A stretch of DNA of 64,000 nucleotides from positions 47,616,001 to 47,680,000 of the forward strand of contig NC_073390.1 in NCBI RefSeq assembly GCF_028641065.1. Direction: 5' to 3'. Source of the DNA: Leucoraja erinacea. Lineage: Eukaryota. Made by a program: the position numbers and the translations under genes. Shown piece by piece: positions 12,257-26,000 of this stretch (its first letter is position 1; each line of letters starts with the position of its first letter). The notes under the pieces were generated by a model, which worked only from the letters and a program-made list of their open reading frames with translations, did no database searches and was not told the DNA's origin.

Positions 12257-13483
12257 ATGGATAATTTTGAAGAGGACTTAACTTGTTCCGTATGTTACTC
12301 TATCTTTGAAGACCCCCGCGTGTTGCCTTGTTCTCACACCTTTTGTAGAACATGTTTGGAGACTATTATCTACGAATCGGGAAATGTCTCCATTTGGCGA
12401 CCTCCGAAGATCCCACTGAAATGTCCAACTTGTAGGAGTGTTGTGGATCTCCCAGCCACGGGCATTGTCTCTTTACCTATAAACTTTTCACTGATGGGAA
12501 TTATTGAGAAATATCAGAAAGAACAGCCCAAGTCTCCCAAATGCCCAGAACACCAGCAGCCATTGAACATGTTCTGTTTGTTGGATCGTAAACTGGTGTG
12601 TGGTTATTGCTTAACAGTGGGCCAGCATCAAAGTCATTCCGTTGATAATCTCCACAATGCTTATGTTAAAGAAAAGGAGCAAGCTGGCAAACTTGTTGAC
12701 CACCTTACTGATAAATATTGGGCAGACTTATCCATGTTCATCGAAAAACTGGAGCATCAGAAATTGCAAGCTGAACACATACTTCAAGATGATAAAGTGA
12801 TTGTCAACCAATATTTTGAAGATCTTCAAAAAACTATAGAAACAAAAAAGCATGCTCTTCTGGCAATATTAGCCGATGCCAACTTAAAAATCACAAATGA
12901 ATACGATCCACTAATTCAGAAAATGAAAGAATTTAAGGAAGAGCAACGCAACCTTATAACATTCAGCACATATGTAGAAGAGGAAGAGGATCCCTTGATG
13001 TACCTGGAGAAAATTCACACATTCCGGCAGAGAGCAAACGCATTGATGAAAACGCAGCTTCCAGTCATTCACCCGTTGAATGTGCACTCACCGACACAAC
13101 AATTTCTGACTGAGAAATGGTCCAAGGTCACAGTCGGCCGTATTAAAGAAGCACCAATTCTGCAAACAACAGATTTTTTGGAAATCCACTGGAATAAACG
13201 TATTGCAATGTATCTCAAGCAAAAAGGATTTTCTCCAAGACTGATGATTACAATTATATTTTTATTCCTCTTGTTACTACAGAGCATTTTGTTTAAGGAA
13301 TACTGGGTTGCTGTTTTCAGTACCACGGTTTTTAATTTCCCACAGCTGAACACGTTAAGTGACACTGTAGTAGAATTTTTTGCTGGTGTTCGTTTTTTTA
13401 ATGCTACTTTACAACATTCTGTACAATTGCTAACTAATTATTTTGCTCAACTGACGGATTATTTTCCAATATTTAATAAATAA
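12257..13483 (+). CDS. TRIM59: Tripartite motif protein 59 (RING - B-box - coiled-coil - C-terminal TM), 408 aa, single coding exon
   Basis: MDNFEEDLTCSVCYSIFEDPRVLPCSHTFC..IWRPPKIPLKCPTCR RING; B-box CPEH..MFCLLDRKLVCGYC..H; hydrophobic IIFLFLLLLQSILF segment; acceptor TTGCAG| at 12250 just before ATG 12257; synteny with SMC4 favours TRIM59 over TRIM13. Confidence 0.93.
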   Translation: MDNFEEDLTCSVCYSIFEDPRVLPCSHTFCRTCLETIIYESGNVSIWRPPKIPLKCPTCRSVVDLPATGIVSLPINFSLMGIIEKYQKEQPKSPKCPEHQQPLNMFCLLDRKLVCGYCLTVGQHQSHSVDNLHNAYVKEKEQAGKLVDHLTDKYWADLSMFIEKLEHQKLQAEHILQDDKVIVNQYFEDLQKTIETKKHALLAILADANLKITNEYDPLIQKMKEFKEEQRNLITFSTYVEEEEDPLMYLEKIHTFRQRANALMKTQLPVIHPLNVHSPTQQFLTEKWSKVTVGRIKEAPILQTTDFLEIHWNKRIAMYLKQKGFSPRLMITIIFLFLLLLQSILFKEYWVAVFSTTVFNFPQLNTLSDTVVEFFAGVRFFNATLQHSVQLLTNYFAQLTDYFPIFNK

Positions 13484-15456
13484 TGGGTTTTCAATTTACC
13501 ACCATTTTTCAAGCTTATTTCCTTCAGAAAACCCACTGAACAAGTCCATCGATAGGAATGGTTAAGAAGGATATGGGCCAAATGCAGTTAGGTGGGAATA
13601 GTGTAGATGGGGCATCTTGGTCAGCGTGGCAGTTTAGCGCTGAAGGGCCCATTTCCGTGCTGCATGGCTATTCAGTTTAGCTGACGTGTGGATTTCCACT
13701 ATATTATTTTTTAATGATTAGTTTAGTAATGCAAGGTAGAATGTGCAGGTATGAAGCTAAATTACAGTCTGCAGTTCACTTTTTAATATAAAACTTTATA
13801 ATGTATATTATATAATGTTTGATCTTAGCCCTTAACTATTTTTGTAGTTCATTGGTTTAATGAAATTAAAGAAAAATTATGAAAACATTTGTAGATAACA
13901 AATTGATTTTAATGACATTAAAGCTCATGTACAAGATTCCCATCCCATTAATTCAGACAGGATTCAAATGAAGGATGGGTTTAAAAAGCGTGCTCAGGCT
14001 CCAGTAAGAAGGGATATGTTTTTTTCAGTGAAGGTGGGAGTTGCTGTGGGAATGTGGTTCCGTATAGTCTTTTTTTCCCCACCTGTTACTGTTCCCCACC
14101 AGAGATGTTCACCTTGCTCCGTATTTTTGGTACATCAGGAGATGGAGCCAGCTACTTCCCCTGCCCTGTCTACTGGAAGGATTCTTAACCATAAATGCAA
14201 ACCTGGAATTTGATATTTAACATTAAGGACAATGCAGCGCAAAGTATGTTACGTGACAAACCATCCAGGAATAAATACAATCTAAGGGAATCAAGATGTG
14301 GAAAATTCTTACTGCAGAGGAATATTTCAAACTCAAATGCATCCACTAAACTAGGTTGGTGTGGTTTTCATTTGACACAAACCGCAAGCAACATAATCCA
14401 CCAGTGTTTATTCTTATGCTTCCAAACTCTGAAGAACTGACTCCAAATTGCTGGAAACTTCTCCAAGAGGCAACTACTCTTGTTGCAAACTTTTGCTTTA
14501 TCTATGGATGCTCACAACTATTCACGTGTAAGTAATAGCTGCAACCAGGAAGGAAATGTTTCAGAAATCATGAGGACGGGTATTGGGACAAAAGGAAGTA
14601 AATGAATAAAAACAGATTGATTTTGTTAAACTAATTAACTACTCAGACTGCTTTTCATTAGCTACATTTGCATTGGATGAAGTGAGTAAATGTGCTGCCG
14701 ATCATCTCTGGAAATATTTCCTTCCTGATGAATAAGAAAACAGATATAGGACCAGTAATAATATTTTATCCCAATCAACATGGAAAATATTATTTATGAT
14801 TAACAACTGTTTGCTGCCAAATATTTTTTTTTAAATCACAGATCACTATCTTAAAATAATCAGTACCTTCTGAAATGTATTGACTTTCTGGAATATTGAA
14901 AGTGCAACTGATTTTTTAACCAAAAGAAAATCCAAGTCTTTCTTGTAAAACTGCGATTCCCACTAGGTTCATCCCAACTACCACTGAAAAAGAGCATTGA
15001 GTTATATAGGAAACATTTTGGTGATGGAGGTGGGGATAAGTATGGTCTAGTAAGAGGGCACTTAAAAGCAGACTGCACATTTTGAAAATGCCCAGGTTCA
15101 CAACTGGATGAATGTCTACGTAAAGCTTGAGTTTTGGATTTGAAGATCCAAAATATATTGTATATGTATTTGGGTAGGGTGGGGAGGAGAATTAAGGAGA
15201 ATAACACTAATCATGCTGGGATGCAAATATTGCAGAGCGTTGATAATATGCAGAATTTTACTTATGATGACTAATGTATACATATATTGACAAGTTAATA
15301 GTCACAAACTCAAACTATGCCTGCATGGAAAATGTGCATACATAATTGAATTGTATTATCATTTGTACCAAATGTCTATTTTTCACAATAACCATATACT
15401 TCGTGGTATTACTGACGATATTTAAATATATGTTATGTACTAGCACAACAAACAGC

Positions 15457-15462
15457 AATAAA
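15457..15462 (+). terminator. Candidate TRIM59 polyadenylation signal
   Basis: AATAAA at the end of an AT-rich, repeat-poor stretch downstream of the stop; other AATAAA hexamers also occur. Confidence 0.35.
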
Positions 15463-16887
15463 ATCAAATTTGAAAATAATCAATTCTTAAATGTCTTCAT
15501 GCAAGTACTTGATATTTCTCAGTTGTTCCAGGTGAACATGAACATACGCTCAGCATTCAAACCTTCATGGCTGATTTGATTGCAACCCTAACCCCAGATC
15601 AATCCACAATAACATTTCCTTCCCCCATAACAAAGTACTTATGAAGAATTATTGAATCTGTCATAAAACTATTTGAAGATTCTGTTTTCACTCCCCTTGA
15701 GGACTCATGGTCCTCAGAAAAAAAACTTTCTTGTAAACTACTTTCAACACATTAATATCTTTCTTTAAATAATCTGCACAGTACTCCAGATGTCTTACCA
15801 ATGCCCTATTGTCAAAGCATAACCTACTTTTGTGTTCTATTCCCCTTTCAGATGATATGCCATCGTTAGCGTTCCTACTTATTATATCCACCACAGTCTT
15901 TTTACCAATCGAGCATTGGAGCACCCAGATCCCTCGCGATTCTCCCTAAAAAGAACTCCACTAAATTTGTCCTAGAACCTATTTTCCCCTCCTCGGTTAA
16001 CTTGATTTTTTTTTTTTGAAGTATCCTTTTGTACAGTCCTCTTTTGGCGAACAGAGTGGTTAGTGGTACTTTACAAAAGGAACACTAGGGGTTCAGGTAA
16101 AGATGCTTTTATGTGTAAGTGCACTGTTCAAGGACCATAGTGACAGCTGATGATCTTAGTGACTCTTAGTGTATTTAGAGTACGAGAGGTTCATTACTTC
16201 AGGTATTATTACTCACATGGGAAACTAGTTTTTATTTCCTGCAACTAAGACAGTTGATTAATATCGGGTTATATTTCTTCCCTGTGGTGGAAGGCAACAG
16301 TCAGTCGTCCTTTGTTCATCTGTGATCGGGGCCATAAACCCCGTAGTCACCGCTATGGACGTCCCGATACAAAGGCCTTCTCATGGGACGGTCAAACACT
16401 TCGTGGCTTGGAGTGCCCTAACGGAGACCGCGGCTTCAGGGTGTTATAGGCCACGCCACGCCAACGGCAAGAAGCCCCGCAGACCACAACCCCATGATGC
16501 CAAAGTCACCAGGCCAGCGATCGGAGGGAGCACTCCTCACTGGCGACCCCCGGCAAGGGTTCGCCAGCTTACGTGGATCTTGGACAAGCAGCAATCAAAG
16601 AGAAGCAGGGAGAAGAGCTTATTGGCTGAAACCCGTGGGAAAGGTGAGTCCCATGGGAAACACAGTTTAAAATTGAGGAATTTAGTTTGTAAATTGGTAA
16701 ATTAGGCAATTTATCGGTCAATATAAGCAAGGCTGCTCTAGGGGAGCAGCAGTGAAGGAAGTGCCTTGTGATGGAAGCGCGAGTCTGGCTCGAGAGGGCC
16801 TGGTGAGTAAAGTGTGAGTCTTTGGCTCGAGAGTCTTCTGCGAGGAGGCTACGCAAAAAGCTGGAGAGGACGGGACTTTTATCTTTT

Positions 16888-18456
16888 AGAAACATAGAAA
16901 TTAGGTGCAGGAGTAGGCCATTCGGCCCTTCGAGCCTGCACCGCCATTCAATATGATCATGGCTGATCATCCAACTCAGTATCCCGTACCTCCCTTCTCT
17001 CCATACCCCCTGATCCCCTTAGCCACAAGGGCCACATCTAACTCCCTCTTAAATATAGCCAATGAACTGGCCTCAACTACCCTCTGTGGCAGAGAGTTCC
17101 AGAGATTCGCCACTCTCTGTGTGAAAAAAGTTATTCTCATCTCGGTTTTAAAGGATTTCCCCCTTATCCTTAAGCTGTGACCCCTTGTCCCTGACTTCCC
17201 CAACATCGGGAGCAATCTTCCTGCGTCTAGCCTGTCCAACCCCTTAAGAATTTTGTAAGTTTCTATAAGATCCCCTCTCAATCTCCTAAATTCTAGAGTG
17301 TAAACCAAGTCTATCCAGTCTTTCTTCATAAGACAGTCCTGACATCCCAGGAATCAGTCTGGTGAACCTTCTCTGCACTCCCTCTATGGCAATAATGTCC
17401 TTCCTCAGATTTGGAGACCAAAACTGTACGCAATACTCCAGGTGTGGTCTCACCAAGACCCTGTACAACTGCAGTAGAACCTCCCTGCTCCTATACTCAA
17501 ATCCTTTTGCAATGAAAGCTATACCATACCATTCGCTTTTACTGCCTGCTGCACCTGCATGCCTACCTTCAATGACTGGTGTACCATGACACCCAGGTCT
17601 CGCTGCATCTCCCCCTTTCCCAATCGGCCACCATTTAGATAATAGTCTGCTTTCCCGTTTTTGCCACCAAAATGGATAACCTCACATTTATCCACATTAT
17701 ACTGCATCTGCCAAACATTTGCCCACTCACCCAGCCTATCCAAGTCACATTGCAGTCTCCTAGCATCCTCCTCACAGCTAACACTGCCCCCCAGCTTAGT
17801 GTCATCCGCAAACTTGGAGATATTGCCTTCAATTCCCTCATCCAGATCATTAATATATATTGTAAATAGCTGGGGTCCCAGCACTGAGCCTTGCGGTACC
17901 CCACTAGTCACTGCCTGCCATTGTGCAAAGGACCCGTTTACTCCTACTCTTTGCTTCCTGTTTGCCAGCCAGTTCTCTATCCACATCAATACTGAACCCC
18001 CAATGCCTTGTGCTTTAAGTTTGTATACTAATCTCTTATGTGGGACCTTGTCGAAAGCCTTCTGGAAGTCCAGATACACCACATCCACTGGTTCTCCCCT
18101 ATCCACGCTACTAGTTACATCCTCGAAAAATTCTATAAGATTCGTCAGACATGATTTACCTTTCGTAAATCCATGCTGACTTTGTCCAATGATTTCACCA
18201 CTTTCCAAATGTGCTGCTATCCCATCTTTAATAACTGACTCAAGCAGTTTCCGCACTACCGATGTTAGACTAACTGGTCTGTAATTCCCCATTTTCTCTC
18301 CCCCTCCCTTCTTAAAAAGTGGGGTTACGTTTGCTACCCGCCAATCTTCAGGAACTACTCCAGAATCTAAAGAGTTTTGAAAGATTATTACTAATGCATC
18401 CACTATTTCTGGAGCTACTTCCTTAAGTACTCTGGGATGCAGCCTATCTGGCCCTG
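16888..18456 (-). mobile_element. Young CR1 LINE, 5'-truncated (RT domain plus 3' tail)
   Basis: ORF 17519..18472 has PGPDRLHPRVLKE, NYRPVSLTS, YLDFQKAFDKVPH, GVPQGSVLGP and KFADDTK; continues by frameshifts into ORFs 17286..17468 and 16976..17329. Confidence 0.96.
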
Positions 18457-18469
18457 GGGGCCAGGGCCC

Positions 18470-18912
18470 CACGAGGATGTTGCCAGGACTACAGGATGTG
18501 AGCTATCAGGAGAAGTTGAGTAGGCTGGGCCTGTATTCCATGGAGCGCAGGAAGGTGAGGGGGGATCGTATGGATGTGTACAAAACCATTAGAGGAATAG
18601 ATCGGGTGGATACAGTCTTTTGCCCAGAGTAGGGGAATAGAGGACCAGAGGACATGGGTTTAAGGTGAAAAGATTTAATAGGAATCCAAGGGGTAACTTT
18701 TTCACAATGGTGATGGGTGTATGGAACCAGCTGCCAGAGGAGGTAGTTGAGGCTGGGACTATCCCATTGTTTAAGTGACAGTTAGATAGGTACATAAATA
18801 GGACTGGTTTGGAAAGATATGGTCCAAGCACAGGCAAGTGGGTCTAGTGTAGCTGGGACAAGCATGGGTAAGTTGGGCCGAAGGGCCCGTTTCCACACCA
18901 TACCACTCTATG
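18470..18912 (+). mobile_element. CR1 LINE 3' fragment, different subfamily
   Basis: aggatgttgccagga...ttgggccgaagggcccgtttcc tail. Confidence 0.8.
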
Positions 18913-19089
18913 AGAAACATATAAAATTCTTAAGGTATTGGACAGGCTAGATGCAGGAAAAATGTTCCCGATGTTGGGTGAGTCCAGAACCAGGGGTCAG
19001 TTTAATAATAAGGGATAGGCCATTTAGGACTATGAGGAAAATCTTTTTCTCCCATGTTCCAAGGCAAGAAAGATTTTCACCAACACCAA

Positions 19090-19215
19090 GACTGAAGAAG
19101 AGTTTCGGCCCGAAACGTTGCCTATCTCTTTCGCTCCATAGATGCTGCTGCACCCGCTGAGTTTCTCCAGCATTTTTGTGTACCTTCGATTTTCCAGCAT
19201 CTGCAGTTCCTTCTT
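19090..19215 (+). mobile_element. Penelope terminal fragment
   Basis: ctgaagaagagtttcggcccgaaacgttgcc...tccagcatctgcagttccttctt; homologous to the end of the element at 56283. Confidence 0.8.
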
Positions 19216-19592
19216 GACCTCCACAAAATAGAATCCGGGCACCAAAAATGATGCCCCCCCCCAAAAACGCACAAACCAAATGCCAAAATGCAAAGAATAA
19301 GCCTCCACGTTATAGAATTAACTTTCTATGTATTCATCATTATATTTGATATTCCAGGCAATGTACTGGCAGCCAATCCCTTTGACCCAAACTTTCATTT
19401 TGCTGCAGTTCCACCCAGCAGGATTTCTCCTACCTCATTTTTGTTTAATAGTATGTTCTTCCATCCCACATTATCCACAGCAGAGTTGAATAAATTGGAG
19501 AGGATGGCATCACTGTTATTGGCTGCCTGGCAACTGATCAGTGAAACATGTCAAAGAACTACCATCCAACAGTGAAAAGCTTTTGAAAGCGA

Positions 19593-19598
19593 TTTAAT
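19593..19598 (-). terminator. Candidate SMC4 polyadenylation signal (ATTAAA)
   Basis: tttaat on +, about 275 nt past the SMC4 stop. Confidence 0.4.
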
Positions 19599-19871
19599 AT
19601 AAGAATACAAATATCTACAGAACATTAAAACAGTACTTTTCCACAAATAGAAAATATATACAATATCAAAATTTAAAGATCACAGATGGGCAATTCAAGG
19701 GAAGTTAACCCCAAAGAGAAGTTTAGAAACCAACTTTAAAGTCCACTGTTTATAAAGATGTATTACTGTCCTACTTTAGGCTGCAATGAATTCCACATAA
19801 CGGTGGCAAAATTTAAAACAAATGTTTAAAAAGTCTTAAAAAAAAGCTGATGCCATTTCTATCACCAAGAC

Positions 19872-20042
19872 TTAAGCTGTGCCCATTACTTCGGGAAGTG
19901 CTTGAAGACCAATGATTTTAGGATTAGTTGCAACACTCTTCGTTGTGTTGTGGGTCTTGTAGATTCCAACCAACCTATCAGCAATTTCAAACATATTGTT
20001 CCTTAAAGAAATGATGATAAACTGGGCATTCCTGGTCTGTTC
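19872..20042 (-). CDS. SMC4: SMC4 last coding exon
   Basis: ttag|EQTRNAQFIIISLRNNMFEIADRLVGIYKT...VMGTA-TAA. Confidence 0.93.
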   Translation of the reverse strand, partial: EQTRNAQFIIISLRNNMFEIADRLVGIYKTHNTTKSVATNPKIIGLQALPEVMGTA

Positions 20043-23000
20043 CTAAGGGAAGAAATCATAAACTGTCAACAAAATGTCACAAAACATTTGTTGTTGCTGC
20101 ACCAAATGAATCTGCTCTCAGTGAGCCAGGCATGTAAATCAAACAACCAAGATTCATGTCAATTGTTTGTTTGCCTTTTGTACAGCACTCATTTCCCCAT
20201 ATCCCAGAGAACCGGGACACAAACTGACAAATATACACCTCACTTTGACTATCCCGTTGTCGCACCCTCCCCCCCTTCCATTCCCTTCCTACGTCTGAGA
20301 CATATCAGACAACCCAATCAACAACGTCCAAATGCTTAGCCCTCACTGCCTCGCTTTACTATGGATCTTCAGTCCTTTGCTTTCATTCCCTTCAGGAAGA
20401 CATCATGGTTCTGTTTCTTCTAGAACAGAGACCCAACCAGATCCCACCATTTGCATTATTTTGTCCTCTTCACTTTATCATCTCCAGCTTTGGCTATCTC
20501 TACCCTTCTCACCCCCATTTGACGCATCAGCCAAGCACCCCTCTCCACCTGAACCAAACTTTCAATTGTTAGCTCTTGTCCAACTTCTTCCCCTCATCTC
20601 TTTCTACAAGCTATCTCCCCTCTACTCCAGTCATTGACCCACAATGTCATGTTCATCCCCCCTCCCTGCTGAGTTCTTCCAGCAATTTATCTTTTGCAAG
20701 TAAACTCCAGTTTTCCGAAGGAGAACTACATTGGAATTCAAGCAACATATAATCTGTCATCACCATAAAGCATTGATAATTTCCCATAGCCGGCCAAATT
20801 AAGACCAGTTGGTGCATCAGCTTGTCGAGTTGATGGCACAGTGGCGCAGCGGTAGAGTTGCTGCCTTACAGAGCCAGGATTATTTCCTCCCCTCCCACCA
20901 TGTCCCACCTTGCCCTTCAGATGAATGCAAGATGACATCATGACACTACATAAGCAATTCAATACTATTCAATACAATTCAATCTCTTTGGTTAATTCAT
21001 TGGCAATGGCGGCACCTTGCTGAGAGAAACTACTGCTCGAATTTCCTATATCTCAAGGCTTACTTTCTTTATAAGAGTTCTTAATTGCTTCTGAAATATT
21101 GCAGCGTGGCAGCAATAGTTTCCATTCTTATTGGAAACATCAAATGCAATTAAATAACATTTTTATAAGCAGTCTTAAATATTGAAGAATATTTGTTAAA
21201 CTAGGCTTAATACTATTTTATCCAGTCTTAAAAATTTGGTCATAAAATTTCTAGATTTTAGAGTGTTCTTATGGTTTTACACTGCTGTTACTTACATAAA
21301 TATAATGTGCAACAATTGAAACATTTCTGAAATCCAGCGCTGCATCAATCTCATCCATGAAGTATAATGGAGTAGGCTTGTAATGATGAAGTGCAAAAAC
21401 TAGAGCCAGAGAACTGAGAGTCTTCTCTCCACCAGAAATATTGAAAATCTTTTTCCAGCTTTTCTTTGGTGGACGCACACTAGAAGAACAGGTTAGGTTT
21501 CCATTAAAATTAAAGAAAACAAGCATTTCCCCCCCAAATTTAAATAATTTCAGTATTGGCCAACAGCAGCTGTTATTTAATCCTATTATTAAAATTAAAT
21601 TCCCATCTAATTAAATGATTTTATGTGACTAAAATTGCTCAAAAGAACGGGGCATTTATACGAGAAAAAAACCAACAGTTCCATTTGTTTTACAATAATT
21701 CTATGTTCAACTCTCGGGGTTTTAAACCCAGGTGCATTTCAATAATGGTCAGTCATGTACTTTTTTTTTCAAGGCTGCATGCTCAGCCCCCTGCGTTACT
21801 CACTCTATACTCATGACCGTGTAGCTGGTCATAGAGTGAACTCCATCATCAAGTTCGCCAACGACACCACTGTTGTGGGACGAATCACTGACGGTGACGA
21901 GTCAGAGTAAAGAAGTGAGATCGACCAATTGACCAAATGGTGCCAGCACAATAACCTGGCTCTCAACACCAGCAAATCCAAGGAACTGATTGTGGACTTT
22001 GGAAGGGGCAGGAGAGGGACCCACAACCCCATTTATATCAATGGTGGAAAGGGTCAAGAACTTAAAATTCCTGGACGTGCATATTTCCAAAGATCTTTCC
22101 CGGTCCCAGCACACTGATGAAATTATAAAGAAAGCACATCAGCGCCTCTACTTCCTGAGAGTCGTTATGTCAAAGAGGACTCTCTCGAACTTCTACAGGT
22201 GCACAGTAGAGAGCATGCATCGTGGCTTGGTAAGGCAACCTGAGCACCCAGGAGTGGAAAAGAATGCAAAAGGTTGTGACCACTGCCCAGTCCATCATCG
22301 GCTCTGACCTCCCCACCATCGAAGGGATCTATCACAGTCGCTGCCTCAAAAAGGCTGCCAACATCATCAAGGATCCACACCAACTGGCCACACACTCATC
22401 AGGTAGAAGGTACAGGAGCCTGAAATCTGGTACATGCAGGTTCAGGAACAGCTTCTTCCCCACAGCCATCAGGCTATTAAACTCGCCAACAAACAAACTT
22501 TGAACTATAATATCCTATTGCACTATATCTGTTTATTTATGTGTATGCTATACAGACACACTGAACTGTTCTGTATTTATGCTTACAATATTCTGTTGTG
22601 CTGCAGCAATGCAATAATTTCATTGTCCTATCTGGGACACATGACAATAAACTCTCTTGACTGGACGACTATATATATGGAAAAAATATTCCCACTGTTA
22701 AAAAAGTAGCACTCTTAGTACTTTTGGTCGGTAGTGTTCATGACTACAAATGAACAGTAAAACTAGCAGTTATAGTTACTGATAGTGTAGCATGAAGATA
22801 ATAAACATGAATAAATGTGATTTCAAGATGCTTGTCAGCATCCCATTTAATCTGGTAAACAAGGAGTGGAAAACAAAGTGTTGTCTAGACATGTCATGGT
22901 TCAAATTCCATTGGGCTTTATAATGCAATTATGTCAACACTTGTGTAAAAAGCAAAGTTTCCTACCTGAACAGAATTCCTTCAGAAAATGGGTCTAGACT

Positions 23001-26000
23001 GTCAACCAACTCCAGTTCAGCATCTCCACCTAGTGTAAGCATTTGGTAATTCTCCTTCAACTTATTGGTGATCATATTAAAGCCAGCCATAAATTCATTT
23101 AGACGCTGCTTCCTCAAGTCTTCAAAGGCACGTCTGAATTTATCACGCTGATCAGTAATTTCATCCAACTCGCCCACACGCTGCAGGTAGAGCTCTTCCT
23201 GCAGATAAACAGCACATTAAAAAAGGTTCAAATCTAACAAATGTAACCTCTACAAGACAAGCAAGAATTCCAGAACGTACTTTCTTCTTGTATGCAGCAA
23301 TTGAACCCAGGTTTGGCTTCATATCGAGGCACTTAGCTTCCAGAAGTGCAATCTGATTATTGATCACATCTGGATTGTTAATTACTTGCAGATCCATCTC
23401 ACTTAATTCTTTAAGTTCTTCTGCTGGTTTGTCAGATGGATGTAAAGAAAGCTTTGATATCTAGAGTCAAATTACAGAAAATTAAAAATAAAATGAAATA
23501 CATCTTATTTTAATTTAAACTTACTTTTCCATTTGTTCCATAAACAAGTCAGTCAAATAATACATCAAGATATCACAATAAAAACCTTAGTCACTAAAGC
23601 AGTAACAAAAAATAAAACCATCAACAAAAAGTTGTTTGGCAAGTCACTTTTCAGTTTTAAAGAGCTGATTAAGAAATTCGACAAGACTATTCATTTCCAA
23701 TATTTACTTTGTCTAAAATCAATGAAGCACAGAACTGGTCACTGAGGAAGGTTTGGCTGTCAGTCCTTTTAAAATTAAGTTCAAGCATGAACAGAAAGTT
23801 TAGCAGGCGTTTCACTGTAGGGGACTTTGCAGCAAACGTTCATTATGATCTCCCATTTCTTGCTTCCCACATACAGAGATAGTTGGACTCAAATCAATCA
23901 CAACTTAGTCACATTACCCCTCCTCTCAAATCAAGCTGGAGATCACCTGTACAAAGCCTGCAGGCCTCCCCAGATAAAAGCAGCAAAGTTAGCAGACTAT
24001 AAACGGAAACACATTTTTTCCTAGTTAATATAGCTTGGCTACTCCCTGCATAAACAATGTCATTAGCATCCTAACCATTTTAAAATAACGAGCTGTTTGC
24101 TATCCCTTACCTCTTTCTGCCAGAATTTAATTTTAGATTGGTGTTCTGCAATATGCCCGTCTATCTGTTCCAACTTTAGACGAATGTTAAGAGTTTCTTT
24201 CTGAAGTGCCTGTTGTTCTTCCTGAATTGCCTTAAGTTCTTGCAGTAAACAATTACGTTCGTCAGTTACAGTTGTTAAATGTTCCTATGGAAAATAGAAA
24301 AGACAAAGAGTAAACATATGATGCAAAAAAGATCTTTTAAACAATCCAAGATAGATTGGTATTTATTTCAATTGTCCAAATGATCTTGCTAACGTACCTT
24401 AATCGGCAAAGACAAATTCATCTGTTAAAATATTTTAGAGAATTTTATAATGGAAATTTGGGAAAGTGAAGACCCTGAATACATATGAAATACTAACTTT
24501 TCATTGTGAATTATCTAACGACACATACTTGCAAAGTTCATGTTTACTAAAGCCCCAGATAAATTCTGTCAATGTTAAAATAGCATTATACAACATGGAA
24601 ACAATCTACAGGCCGTCCACACCAACCTAGATGCCTATCCAAGCAAATCCTATTTGCTTGTACTTAGTCCATATTTCTCTAGACCTTTCCTCTGTAACAA
24701 CGTACTTAGTCCATATTTCTCTAGACCTTTCCTCTGTAACAACATGTTCTGTACCTGGGCTTCAGTGCTTTCTTTGAGCACAATAGCACCCTCTTCCTCC
24801 AATCTTTTCAGTTCTTTTGTTAGATCTTCAATCTCTTTTTTGTTCTCTTCAATTTCTTCTCCGATTCGCTTCACCGATTCTTCTGCTTTTTTAAAATTTC
24901 TGAAAAGGTAATATTTATGACATTTTTTTGTATGAATAAGAATCAAATGATCAATCAGTTCGAACAGCACAATCATGACCAATAGTTGCTGATTTAAGAA
25001 TGGATCAATAGGCAAGATACTAAAAATAAATGCTGCACCCAGTGTTGAGGCCAGAATGCAATGAATTTCCCTAATGATAGCCATTGGAAACAATGCCAGG
25101 GGCTGTGAACAGAGACCAGAGTAGATTCGATGTTAAAATGATAGCCAACGGGAAACTTGTAGCTCCTAAACAGGAGGTATAACACAAAGTAGTCACCCTA
25201 ATCTCAGGGTTTACATAATATAGAATTGCAGGTTGGTACAAGACAACTTCAAGATTTCAAATATAGAAAAGCATTAAACAGCACAAAATATGTTAAAAAA
25301 AAATATGCAAAAGAATAACTTTAGCTTTCTAAATGCAACATATTTTCAAAAATTCCTCATGGCTGTAAGACCTATGATGCCATTGATGTACTTATGCATT
25401 AAGGATATCAATCTATAGTGCTGTGAAAAAAGAACGGATGAGGAATGGGCCAGGGCTCTGTGGAGAGAGCACGTTAAAGTGGAGTACAAGATAAATTCTC
25501 TCATTGCATCACAATGAAGGTGGCAGAAGAAAATCCTCTGACAGTAATGGCGGATGGGTGGAAAGTGAGTTTAAAGGAAACTTCTCAGTTCTGGAAGACA
25601 ATGGGACCAAAGCAGAAATGTGCTAATTGAGATGAACTTTGTCAAGGTCTCCATGTATTAACATTCAATACAATTGAGAAGCAGGGAGAAAGAGAAGGTT
25701 TTAAGACTTTTATCTTGAGAAATACAGGCACAGAAGAAGGGAAGTTGAAGTCAAGGTTAAAAATGGAAGCAGATTTGATTAATATTTCCCATTTAAATCA
25801 GGACAAAAACAGAAATTGGCTCAGTTCAAAAGTAGAGGACTGAAGCAGGATAAAAATGAATGTTCCACGCAAACCATTAAAATAATCTATTTAAGTGACT
25901 CAAATTAAAAATAAGTAATTTAAGGTAGAACAAGCTTAGAGAGGGCAATTGTGAATGGGATTAGGTTGTGATGGGTTCACGAAACATGGGGCCACTAGTC

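Noticed and set aside
12257-13483. Calling the gene TRIM13
   Set aside because: IFEDPRVLPCSHTFC and IWRP..IPLKCP, together with SMC4/IFT80 synteny, fit TRIM59.
13484-15460. miR-15/16 target sites in the TRIM59 3' region
   Set aside because: Only partial TGCTGC matches were seen, with no full TGCTGCT seed match noticed.
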